Part shown: positions 18,913 to 27,826 of the stretch, piece after piece
How positions within the stretch are numbered: position 1 is the first letter of the stretch
Layout of the letters: the number at the start of each line of letters is the position of its first letter
Assembly: GCA_037917685.1 (NCBI GenBank)
Contig: JAVCBU010000006.1
Span: 1 to 64,000, forward strand
Direction of reading: 5' to 3'
Length of the DNA: 64,000 nucleotides
Source: Thermoproteota archaeon
GTDB taxonomy: Archaea; Korarchaeota; Korarchaeia; Korarchaeales; JAOZGB01
The notes under the pieces: model-generated
The model's input: only the letters and a program-made list of their open reading frames with translations
Database searches by the model: none
Told to the model about the DNA's origin: nothing
Program-made: the position numbers and the translations under genes

Positions 18913-18973
18913 ATAGCCTATTCTTATTAGTGCTCCAGTCACATTTATACTTTTCTTAAATATAATTTTGAGA

Positions 18974-19513
18974 TTACTCTTTTAGTCGCTTTAACATTCT
19001 ATATACTGTTACATGCTTAGAGCCTGATGCTATCATTTCAACGGCTTGGACGGCTGGAATTACATCTTCAAGCCGCCCTATGATTGCTACTGTATGGCCG
19101 TAGACAGATATGTAGGCGCCAGTTTCTGCTTCTATAAATTGTCTGGAGCTACCTTCGCTTCCGATTATCCTGCCCCTTATTCTCCGAAGGGCATTTTTTG
19201 TTTTACCGTACTGTCTTAAGTTAATGATTCGAAGAGCGTAGTCATCATTTAAAAGTAGTAGGGATTTTTCAGGGTTGAAACCCCTTGCAATAGCAGTTAT
19301 TACTGATTTTATTTTCAACGGAATTGTTGGGTCTGTGTTTTGCTCTTGATATACTCTTACCTCGCCTGTCTTGCTGTCAACTTTGATCTTGACTCCTGCT
19401 AAGCTTTCTATTTTCTTCTTTGTCTTCCCATTTCTCCCTATTAGTACGGGTATTCTTGACAATGGTATTTTTAGTGTAACTATAGGTTCAATAGAGCTCT
19501 TCCTCTTCTTCAA
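18974..19513 (-). CDS. KH-domain pre-rRNA processing protein (Dim2/Pno1-like)
   Basis: VLIGRNGKTK, AIARGFNPE, GRIIGSEG and GSKH.TVY. Confidence 0.92.
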   Translation of the reverse strand: MKKRKSSIEPIVTLKIPLSRIPVLIGRNGKTKKKIESLAGVKIKVDSKTGEVRVYQEQNTDPTIPLKIKSVITAIARGFNPEKSLLLLNDDYALRIINLRQYGKTKNALRRIRGRIIGSEGSSRQFIEAETGAYISVYGHTVAIIGRLEDVIPAVQAVEMIASGSKHVTVYRMLKRLKE

Positions 19514-19829
19514 GGAATTCCCTCTCGATGTATCCTTTTTCTACAAGCCATTCTACTTGATCTCTTCGATATTTAACTACTATGTCTGCTTTATCCGGCT
19601 CAAAGTCCCATACAGACACCAGTACCACGTTTCCTGGTTTTATCCAGTGCCTTCTACCTCTCAGTTTACCCCTTACTCTGGCAATTCTATAGGTTCCGTC
19701 AGCACATTTCACTTTAAATCTTGCTTTGCCGAGCGGTTCCAGTGCGACGGCAAAAATCTCTCCTTCAGTAGGTAGTAAGTCTTGCATTTCTTCATCTAAT
19801 GATGTTACAATCGGCTTCTTTTTAGGCAA
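19488..19829 (-). CDS. eif1a: Translation initiation factor aIF1A
   Basis: LGKARFKVKCADG..RIARVRGKLR..WIKPGNVVLV; TTG after SD. Confidence 0.94.
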   Translation of the reverse strand: MPKKKPIVTSLDEEMQDLLPTEGEIFAVALEPLGKARFKVKCADGTYRIARVRGKLRGRRHWIKPGNVVLVSVWDFEPDKADIVVKYRRDQVEWLVEKGYIEREFLEEEEELY

Positions 19830-19831
19830 TT

Positions 19832-20257
19832 TCAACCACCTATCTTTGGAACTGGACTTACCGCACCGCACACATGACATTTCAGCATGATTATTCTACC
19901 CTGCTTCACCAATATCGTATCAGGCTTACCACAAACAGGACAGAAAACATAGAGCTTAGCGTATTTTTCAATTTTTTGCTGTATAAGTTTTCTTTTAACC
20001 TTTCTAGACAGGATTAGCTTTTCCCCTCTTAGAACATAGGGCGCACCTACTTCCCTCGATAGGAACAGTCCTAAATGAGAATAATCTCTGTTGAACCTAT
20101 CCGCTATCTCTTTGAAGTTTAGTATATGGGTTTGACTCCCGAAAATTTCAACCTTCGCTGTTGGCATTGTAAATCTGGAGTGTTCCTCGACAACCCGGGG
20201 AAGGCTAGCCCTAGCCCTCTTTAGGAGTTTGAGATATGCTTCCTTGCTCATAGGCAT
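19832..20257 (-). CDS. eif2b: Translation initiation factor aIF2 beta
   Basis: RFTMP, NFKEIA and YVFCPVCGKPDT...CHVCGA. Confidence 0.94.
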   Translation of the reverse strand: MPMSKEAYLKLLKRARASLPRVVEEHSRFTMPTAKVEIFGSQTHILNFKEIADRFNRDYSHLGLFLSREVGAPYVLRGEKLILSRKVKRKLIQQKIEKYAKLYVFCPVCGKPDTILVKQGRIIMLKCHVCGAVSPVPKIGG

Positions 20258-20894
20258 CAACTGAAGTAATTCTATACTTCCTTTCCCCATCCACATATAA
20301 TAAACCTTCCTCAGCCATCTCTTCTAAAGCTTGCCTAATCACTATCCTTGATATTTTAGTTTTCATCTCTAACTCTTCTAGTGTTACACCATCAGGATAT
20401 TTATTCGTTATTTCTTCCAAGAGTCTGTCTTTAAGACTGTTAAACCTATCCTTAAGCTTTCTTGTAGCCCATGATGTTGATAGATACTTAAGCTTTAACC
20501 TCAGTATTTCCAGCCTTCTTACTGTTATCCAGTTTGGGTCGTCAACCTTGACTACAAGAGTCGGAGTTAAATATAGGGTTTCATCTCTCATTCTTACTTT
20601 GCCTATGACATCTAAAATGGTTCCTGTTCGATAAACCTCACCACTGGAGTCTAATAGCATGCCAACACTATCATGCCACGCTTTAACATCAATTGCCCCT
20701 GTACTGTCGTCTATTGTGACAAATGCGTATGTTTCATCTGGATTGATGTATGAATTGACAACTACCCCCATTATTCTAACAAGATTGGTTGAGATTCCTG
20801 TTTTAAGTCTAAACAGTCTGATGCCGTTAACAATAACCTCCTCAAATCTTCCATTATATATGTCAGAAATTCTAACTTTAACAGCGGATGACAC
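20211..20894 (-). CDS. RPA32/RPA2-like OB-fold plus winged-helix protein
   Basis: VRIMGVVV...IDDSTGAIDVKAW...VIGKVR; VDDPNW; C-terminal wHTH ending EGLLY. Confidence 0.8.
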   Translation of the reverse strand: MSSAVKVRISDIYNGRFEEVIVNGIRLFRLKTGISTNLVRIMGVVVNSYINPDETYAFVTIDDSTGAIDVKAWHDSVGMLLDSSGEVYRTGTILDVIGKVRMRDETLYLTPTLVVKVDDPNWITVRRLEILRLKLKYLSTSWATRKLKDRFNSLKDRLLEEITNKYPDGVTLEELEMKTKISRIVIRQALEEMAEEGLLYVDGERKYRITSVDAYEQGSISQTPKEG

Positions 20895-20948
20895 AAGTTA
20901 ATTATATTTGGGGAAAATAAAAATGGTATTGGGGGGCTCTCCGAGTTT

Positions 20949-22109
20949 TTATGCGTCGATTACTGTGAGATAGGTATATAGTATCTCGTCTACCTTGTCC
21001 TCTGATGGTGGAAATAGCCCCCTACTCTGTATTCTAGGCCTTGTACCTTCAGGTTTTTCCCTGGATGAAATTAGGTTTCTGGATTGAACCCCTGTGACGA
21101 CAAGTAAGACTTTTAACTTCCCCTGTAAATCTTCTACAACATCTGCACCCCATTTTATCGATGCAGTACTCAACATTTTCTTTTTCACAATCTCTGCTAT
21201 CCTCGAAACCTCACTTAGTTGAAGATCTGAACCTCCTTTGACTACAATTAGTGCGCCTGTAGCCCCTGTCAGATCAATTTCAAGGAGAGGATTATTTAGG
21301 GCCATGTTAACAGCGTCTTCGGCCCTATTTCTCCCTTCCGCGTATCCAACACAGATTGCTGCAACGTCGCCGTTAGACATAAGGGATCTTACATCTGCAA
21401 AGTCAACGTTCATCAGGGAAGGTTTCATTATAATTTCTGTTATTCCTTTAACCATAATTGCAAGGGTGGAGGTTCCCACGTATAAGGCTTTCTCTAGTGG
21501 TAGTATTCCGGCTACCTCGTTTAACCTTTCATTAGATATTATTGCCACTGTATCAGCATAGCTCCGTAGTCTCTCCAAACCTTGGAGAGCTATTTTCATT
21601 TTATGGGTTCCCTCTGTTTCAAATGGAAGTGTAACAACACCAATAACAATAGCTCCCTTTTTCTTAGCTATTTCTGCGATGACGGGTCCAGCACCTGTCC
21701 CCGTACCACCTCCAAGCCCGTATGTTATAAATACCATTTCTGCATCTCCAAGCATCTTTTCGATTTTATCTTCATCCCTCCTTGCACATGCCTCTCCAAC
21801 TTCTGGATAGCCGCCAGTACCACGACCTTTGGTAAGATCTTTACCTATGAGGATTTTTTTATCAGCAATAGTTCTGTTGAGATGAGATTCGTCTGTATTT
21901 ACAGCGATACACTCGGCTCCTTGTATTCCCATTTTCATTAGAGTGGTTATGGTATTACATCCGGCACCACCAACTCCGATTACCTTGATTAGGTCGCTGT
22001 TCACTGGGTATCTCTTAGAGGAAGAGGGTGTATCAAAAGATCTAAGGTATTCTTCTATCGAAAGATATTTACCAGCATCTGAAAAGTTAGAACTCGAGTA
22101 TTTAAGCAT
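20949..22109 (-). CDS. ftsZ: Cell division protein FtsZ (FtsZ2-like context)
   Basis: IGVGGAGCN, GLGGGTGTG, LPFETEG and NVDFADV. Confidence 0.96.
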   Translation of the reverse strand: MLKYSSSNFSDAGKYLSIEEYLRSFDTPSSSKRYPVNSDLIKVIGVGGAGCNTITTLMKMGIQGAECIAVNTDESHLNRTIADKKILIGKDLTKGRGTGGYPEVGEACARRDEDKIEKMLGDAEMVFITYGLGGGTGTGAGPVIAEIAKKKGAIVIGVVTLPFETEGTHKMKIALQGLERLRSYADTVAIISNERLNEVAGILPLEKALYVGTSTLAIMVKGITEIIMKPSLMNVDFADVRSLMSNGDVAAICVGYAEGRNRAEDAVNMALNNPLLEIDLTGATGALIVVKGGSDLQLSEVSRIAEIVKKKMLSTASIKWGADVVEDLQGKLKVLLVVTGVQSRNLISSREKPEGTRPRIQSRGLFPPSEDKVDEILYTYLTVIDA

Positions 22110-22118
22110 CTCTTACAC

Positions 22119-22307
22119 CTATACTTCCATAATCACCTGTTGCTCGCCCAAATTTGCCAGTTCTCCCTGTCTTTTCTTTATTAGGAGTATGAGAAGTCTA
22201 ATAGCATCCCTTATAAATTCGCTTGTAGAAGCGTATCCTTCCTCTTCTATAGCTTGTTTCATAGCTAGATATAGTGATTCTGGAATAACGAATGAAACTA
22301 CAGTCAT
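22119..22307 (-). CDS. cdrS: Ribbon-helix-helix regulator, CdrS-like
   Basis: MTVVSFVIPESLY...EEGYASTSEFIRDAIR; immediately upstream of ftsZ. Confidence 0.75.
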   Translation of the reverse strand: MTVVSFVIPESLYLAMKQAIEEEGYASTSEFIRDAIRLLILLIKKRQGELANLGEQQVIMEV

Positions 22308-22648
22308 TTTTGATCCCACAAATTTACTTAGATTTTTGTCTATAAAAGTGGGGATGAGCGATAAATTTAAGATAGAAGTAGGGATTAGTAGCAACAATTA
22401 TTATATTTTTGACAAGAAATATAGATTAAACATTACACTTAACAGTACTATCCCGACCTATAGTTAGATGAAACGTCGGAGCACTAAAGGCATATACTCT
22501 AAGATTTGTATACAGATGATTTTCTCATTACTTAAGAGAGTATTACACAGAACTTCCACTGGACTGTTGAGTACCACTTCTCTCACTAGATTCAATGTTA
22601 ACTTCTTTAAAAATAGCCCCGCCGTATGTGACCATGAGGTGACCTGAA

Positions 22649-24025
22649 ACGGTCAAAAGACATAGATTCATCCCAAATTCCACAGAAGAAATAGTTAGGC
22701 AAATGCTAGCTGAGGTAGGAGTGGAGAATATCGAAGACTTGTTTTCTGATATTCCGGAGTCCCATTTTATTAGGAAAAAAAATTTCGGAGGAGTAGAAGA
22801 AGCCGATGCTGCTAGCCTACTGAAGAATATGTTAGACGTAAATGTGCCAATAATTAAGTATAAGTCATTCCTCGGTTCAGGGGTTTGGTGTCATTACGTT
22901 CCGGCCGTAGTTGATGAGATAGTTGGGAGAGAAGAGTTTTACACGTCTTATACCCCATATCAACCAGAGATATCACAAGGGGCCCTGCAGGCGCTATTCG
23001 AATATCAGTCTCTGATATGCGAACTCACAGGGATGGATGTAGCAAACTGCTCAATGTATGACTGGGCGACTGCCTTGGCTGAAGCGGCACTGATGTCTCT
23101 AAGAGTTACCGGGAGGAAAAAGGTCGTTATACCGAGAGCTATACACCCAAATAAATTAATGGTGCTTAGAAGCTATTTGAAACCGTTAGACGTCAAAATA
23201 GAAATGTTTGGCTATTCTCGGGAGGATGGACAAATTAGCATCGGCGATTTGGAAAAGGCAGCAAAGGATGCTGCTATGGTTTACGTCGAACAGCCTTCAT
23301 TCTTCGGTGTTATAGAAACTCTGTTGGGATCTGCATCAGATATATCTCATAATGCGGGGGCGCTTTTTGTAGTAGGTGTAAATCCTATTTCTCTCGCAGT
23401 TGTTAAGCCTCCCGGCGAGTACGGAGCCGACATAGTTGTAGGGGAGGGTCAACCATTGGGTAACTACCCAAATTATGGCGGCCCCTTGCTAGGGATCTTT
23501 GCATGCAAGGGGGACAAGAAGTTGATATGGCAGATGCCTGGAAGGATAATAGGAGCCACTTACCAAGTTGGGGATGATATTAGAGGCTATGTTATGACAT
23601 TACAAACAAGAGAACAACATATTAGAAAAGAAAGGGCTACAAGCAACATTTGCACAAATACAGCTTTAAATGCTATAAGGGCGGCTATTTATATTGCTCT
23701 TCTAGGCAGTGAAGGGCTCCTGCGTGTAGCCCTTAAATGTATGGAAAATAGGAGATACCTCATGAAAAGGATTAGTGAAATTGAACAGTTCGAAATTCCT
23801 TTCTTCCATAGCCCGCATTTCAACGAGTTCGTTGTTAAATGCAAAACTTTGGAGGTCTCAGAGGTGAATAAGAAACTTCTGAAATATGGAATAATAGGGG
23901 GATTAGACATCTCAGACTACTTTAGAGAGCTTGAGAGCAGCATGATTATATCAACCACCGAAATTCATACGAGGAGAGATTTAGATCACTTTATAGAAGC
24001 TTTAATTGAGGTGAGTGGAAAATGA
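22649..24025 (+). CDS. gcvPA: Glycine dehydrogenase subunit 1 (inferred ACG start; first in-frame ATG after the upstream stop is 22703)
   Basis: YTPYQPEISQG, REQHIRKERATSNICTN; conserved-looking HRFIPNS lies upstream of the ATG. Confidence 0.93.
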   Translation, partial: TVKRHRFIPNSTEEIVRQMLAEVGVENIEDLFSDIPESHFIRKKNFGGVEEADAASLLKNMLDVNVPIIKYKSFLGSGVWCHYVPAVVDEIVGREEFYTSYTPYQPEISQGALQALFEYQSLICELTGMDVANCSMYDWATALAEAALMSLRVTGRKKVVIPRAIHPNKLMVLRSYLKPLDVKIEMFGYSREDGQISIGDLEKAAKDAAMVYVEQPSFFGVIETLLGSASDISHNAGALFVVGVNPISLAVVKPPGEYGADIVVGEGQPLGNYPNYGGPLLGIFACKGDKKLIWQMPGRIIGATYQVGDDIRGYVMTLQTREQHIRKERATSNICTNTALNAIRAAIYIALLGSEGLLRVALKCMENRRYLMKRISEIEQFEIPFFHSPHFNEFVVKCKTLEVSEVNKKLLKYGIIGGLDISDYFRELESSMIISTTEIHTRRDLDHFIEALIEVSGK

Positions 24026-25500
24026 GGCTTGAATTTAAACAAAGTAGATGGAGAGACTCTAGGGAATATCTAGAGCCCCTTATTTTTGAGCTTAAAGACG
24101 AAAAACCTACTGAGATTCCCCAAATAGAAGAGCTACCGGAAAGTGTAAGGAGAAAACAGCTCTCCATCCCAAATCTTTCAGAGCCTGAGGTTGTGAGACA
24201 TTATACTAGGCTTAGTAAAATGAACTTTGGAATTGATGATGGCCCCTACTGGCTTGGCTCATGTACCATGAAGTATAATCCAAAGATATGTGAGGTAGTA
24301 GCCTCATGGGATGAAGTTAAATGGATGCATCCAGATCAGCCTGTGGATACAGTTCAGGGATGCCTTAAATTAATGTACGAGCTAGCTAATCTCCTAGGAA
24401 AGATAACAGAACTTGATAAATTCAGTTTTCAACCGATGGCCGGTGCTCATGGTGAGTACACTGGGTGTCTTATTATTAGGAAGTACCATGAAGACCGCGG
24501 GGAGGAAAGGGATGAGATCATAATTCCAGACTCGGCTCATGGTACCAATTTTGCGAGTGCTGCAATGGCGGGATTCAAGGTTATAAGAATACCTGCCTAT
24601 AAGGATGGGACAATAGATATCGAAGCTTTAGAGGCAGCAATAACAGATAAAACAGCTGGAATGATGGTTACCAATCCGAATACGCTTGGTATATATGAGG
24701 ACAAGTTAGATACCATATCAGGTATGATCCACGAAGCGGGGGGGCTTATGTACTACGACGGCGCGAACTTTAATGCTCTAATAGGTAGAGTTAGCCTTAA
24801 GAAAATGGGTATAGACATAGCTCATCTGAATCTCCATAAAACATTCGCCACACCCCATGGAGCCGGAGGTCCGGGAGCGGGGGCCATAGGTGTCGTTGAA
24901 AAACTCTATGAATATTTACCGGTTCCGGTCGTGGAGTATGACGGGGAAAAATATTATCTACGCTATGATCTTCCAAAAACTGTCGGGAAGGTATCAGGGT
25001 ACTATGGAAATTTCTCTGTATTGGTTAAGGCTTATCTCTATCTTATAATGCTTGGATGGGACGGATTAGAAACTGTTTCAGGTGTATCTGTACTTAACTC
25101 TAACTACGCATTTGTGAAGGCTTCCAAGATCAGGGGTTTAAAGCCTGTATACGGTGAAGGCAAGATCAGAAAACACGAATTCGTACTTAGCAGTGAGGAA
25201 CTTTTTAGGGAGAAAGGTATTAGGGCCAGAGACATAGCTAAAAGGCTTATGGATTACGGCTACCACCCGCCCACGATCTATTTTCCACCAATTGTCAAAG
25301 AGGCATTGATGTTTGAACCCACGGAGACTGAAAGCATTAAGGAGATAGATGGATACATAGACGCTTTAAAGCGTATTGTGAATGAAGATCCGGAGGTGTT
25401 GAAGAACGCACCGTATAACACGGCTATAGGAAGACTTGACGAGGCAAGAGCTGTTAAAGAAATGGTCTTAAGTTGGAGAATGATGAAAAAGAGGAAGTAG
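24022..25500 (+). CDS. gcvPB: Glycine dehydrogenase subunit 2
   Basis: LGSCTMKYNPK, SAHGTN, HLNLHKTFATPHG and EPTETES. Confidence 0.96.
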   Translation: MRLEFKQSRWRDSREYLEPLIFELKDEKPTEIPQIEELPESVRRKQLSIPNLSEPEVVRHYTRLSKMNFGIDDGPYWLGSCTMKYNPKICEVVASWDEVKWMHPDQPVDTVQGCLKLMYELANLLGKITELDKFSFQPMAGAHGEYTGCLIIRKYHEDRGEERDEIIIPDSAHGTNFASAAMAGFKVIRIPAYKDGTIDIEALEAAITDKTAGMMVTNPNTLGIYEDKLDTISGMIHEAGGLMYYDGANFNALIGRVSLKKMGIDIAHLNLHKTFATPHGAGGPGAGAIGVVEKLYEYLPVPVVEYDGEKYYLRYDLPKTVGKVSGYYGNFSVLVKAYLYLIMLGWDGLETVSGVSVLNSNYAFVKASKIRGLKPVYGEGKIRKHEFVLSSEELFREKGIRARDIAKRLMDYGYHPPTIYFPPIVKEALMFEPTETESIKEIDGYIDALKRIVNEDPEVLKNAPYNTAIGRLDEARAVKEMVLSWRMMKKRK

Positions 25501-25586
25501 CCCCGGCCGGATTCGAAATCGCCGATGAACTCTCCGGCGTCGACGGGTCCAAAGCCCGCCATGCTTGGCCGCTACACCACGGGGCT
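25498..25586 (-). tRNA. tRNA-Gln(TTG) with 16-nt intron at 53/54 (25518-25533)
   Basis: A1-U72 acceptor AGCCCCG; CT-TTG-GA; BHB CGCC[GG^A]GA-GTTCA-TC GGCG[AT^T]. Confidence 0.92.
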
Positions 25587-25610
25587 ACCTAAGATATTAG
25601 TATCCAAGCC

Positions 25611-26546
25611 TTAAAATAATACTTTCGTAGTACACCAGACCACGATTATAGATAAAATTAACTCAATAAACCAGAGTAATAAGACAAGTTTTAACTCGGT
25701 AAGTCTAAGCCTTTTAAGCATGACGCCTATTAGTGAACCGTATCTTGGGGGATGTATTATGCCGCCTTCGCCATGCTGGGCATGACCGTATTCTTTAACT
25801 TTGAATGAGATTCGAAATTTTATGATAAAATCTGTTAGATGAGGTATAAAGAGTAGAAAAAGAGGGATATGTAAACCATTAATCATAGCAAATGCAGCTG
25901 TGAAACCCCCCATGGCAAATGTGCCGCTGTTTCCAGGGAATATTTTAGCAGGATAGAAGTTATAGTAGAGGAACCCTATACATGAAGCTAACAAGATAAG
26001 ATGTGGAAAAGCCGAGGTTACACCGTGAAGCCTTACAGCTATGGTGAACAGGGCAATATTCACTATAGAAGTTAATCCAGCCTCTAGACCGTTAAATCCG
26101 GCTACCATGTTCGACGCGTTCACGACAAATATGCCGAGAAGTATGGAGCCAACCGAATATAGATACTGAGGTATAATACTAGGTAGCCCGATGATATTAG
26201 TTGTGTTTAGACCTATCGGTATAAAGGCTATGCCTGTGATTACTATTTTACCCAGAGGACTTATAGGTATCACATCGTCTATAAGACCTATAAAACTGCA
26301 TATTGATCCTACATAGCATGCTAGAAGTATTTCATGGTTTGGTCCAGATACTTGTAGATACAAAAGTGTTCCCGTTAAAAGGGAGATGAGGATAGCAATT
26401 CCACCGGGCGAGGGAACATTAACTTGCCCAGGCTTATGTAAATCTGGAAGAAGACTCCCTGCATTTAGTAGTACCTTCATGGAGTATGATGTTAACAGTA
26501 GTGAAAGGAGAACCGTAACGATGAAAACTGATATAAGGATTAGCAT
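25611..26546 (-). CDS. MraY/GPT-family UDP-HexNAc:dolichol-phosphate transferase (AglH-like), paralog 1
   Basis: DLHKP, GGI, GLIDD, NMVAGFNGLEAG and NFYPAKIFPGN; many TM segments. Confidence 0.88.
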   Translation of the reverse strand: MLILISVFIVTVLLSLLLTSYSMKVLLNAGSLLPDLHKPGQVNVPSPGGIAILISLLTGTLLYLQVSGPNHEILLACYVGSICSFIGLIDDVIPISPLGKIVITGIAFIPIGLNTTNIIGLPSIIPQYLYSVGSILLGIFVVNASNMVAGFNGLEAGLTSIVNIALFTIAVRLHGVTSAFPHLILLASCIGFLYYNFYPAKIFPGNSGTFAMGGFTAAFAMINGLHIPLFLLFIPHLTDFIIKFRISFKVKEYGHAQHGEGGIIHPPRYGSLIGVMLKRLRLTELKLVLLLWFIELILSIIVVWCTTKVLF

Positions 26547-26589
26547 CCGACAACAAATAAATATAGAAGATATTAATAATTGTGTTGGT

Positions 26590-27549
26590 ATGGTATTAGT
26601 GGCTGAGATCCTATCATTCATAGCTACTCTACTCATGATCGAATCCTTTAGACGTTTGGCTATTAAACTGGGAATAGTAGCACCTGATTACCACAAGCCT
26701 AACAGGCCTGAAGTTCCAAACCTGTCGGGAATACCGTTGATGGCTGGACTTATCTTGAGTTACATGCTATTTTACATGCTTGGTGAGGAGATTTTTTTAC
26801 CGATAGCCTTGTCCACGATCCTTGGAGGGTTTATAGGTCTATTTGATGACATAGCTGACCTGCCTCCTGCCGGAAAAGTTATGTTTGGACTTGTCCCGTC
26901 ACTTCCAATAATAACTTCTCACATACTCATACCTAGGCCTCTAATTCCGTTTATAGGAAGAACAAGGCTAACCATGGCATATTATCCTGGCGCCATAGTT
27001 TATACTACTGTAATGATAAACGCAGTAAATATGATAGATTCTTTAAACGGCTTAATGCCAGGAGTAGCTTTTATCTCGATAGTATCTATGGTTTTAAGCG
27101 GTCTCATCACTGGCATGTCGAATGCGACAAATATAGGGATTGCTATAATTCCCCCATTACTCGCGTACTATTTTTATAACCGATATCCATCCAAAGTTTT
27201 TGGAGGAAACGTTGCATCTATGGCTGTAGGTTCAGCACTTGCAAGTCTAGCATTAGTGGGGAGAGTCGAGGTGCCAGGTGTAATTTCAATTTTACCTATA
27301 GCGATAAATGGTTATTGTATTCTTGCAAGCACCGGCTTTAAAGGCAGGAATAGTCTAAAGGCAAGACCTGTAATCGTGACAGGAGAGGGTATCAAGGCTA
27401 ATCCATCACAAGATGCAACTGTTACTTTAATTTCCATGTTATGTAGAGAAAAAGCTAAATCAGAGTTAAGGATAATATTAGAGATATATGTTCTAACGAT
27501 CTTCTCAGGCATTCTAGCTATAATCACAGCTTTTCTATCCATAGGGTGA
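26590..27549 (+). CDS. MraY/GPT-family UDP-HexNAc:dolichol-phosphate transferase (AglH-like), paralog 2
   Basis: DYHKP, GLFDD, NAVNMIDSLNGL and NRYPSKVFGGN. Confidence 0.86.
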   Translation: MVLVAEILSFIATLLMIESFRRLAIKLGIVAPDYHKPNRPEVPNLSGIPLMAGLILSYMLFYMLGEEIFLPIALSTILGGFIGLFDDIADLPPAGKVMFGLVPSLPIITSHILIPRPLIPFIGRTRLTMAYYPGAIVYTTVMINAVNMIDSLNGLMPGVAFISIVSMVLSGLITGMSNATNIGIAIIPPLLAYYFYNRYPSKVFGGNVASMAVGSALASLALVGRVEVPGVISILPIAINGYCILASTGFKGRNSLKARPVIVTGEGIKANPSQDATVTLISMLCREKAKSELRIILEIYVLTIFSGILAIITAFLSIG

Positions 27550-27553
27550 TAGT

Positions 27554-27826
27554 GTGCGGGACATACTCCCATTAATATTTTTAACAGGAGCATTCTGGTT
27601 GGCTCTAATGCTAGATTTCCTGTTTATAAAGTTGTTTATCGTATCTCTCACGTATAACGGCCCACGTCTCGTACTTAGGGTCCTCATAAACATCTTTAAG
27701 ACAACTATATCGGTATTTGTAGTCACATTAGCTTTGATATTTGTTGGAAAACTTATTGAACAGATTTCAGGGAAAGAGTTGAGATTGCTCGCCATACTAC
27801 TAAGGCGGGATTCTCAACCTTGTTGA
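27554..27826 (+). CDS. Small membrane protein, unknown function
   Basis: Two hydrophobic segments; GTG after SD GGGTGA. Confidence 0.55.
   Translation: MRDILPLIFLTGAFWLALMLDFLFIKLFIVSLTYNGPRLVLRVLINIFKTTISVFVVTLALIFVGKLIEQISGKELRLLAILLRRDSQPC

Noticed and set aside
22465-22596. About 43-codon minus-strand ORF upstream of cdrS
   Set aside because: No SD, motif or recognisable homology.
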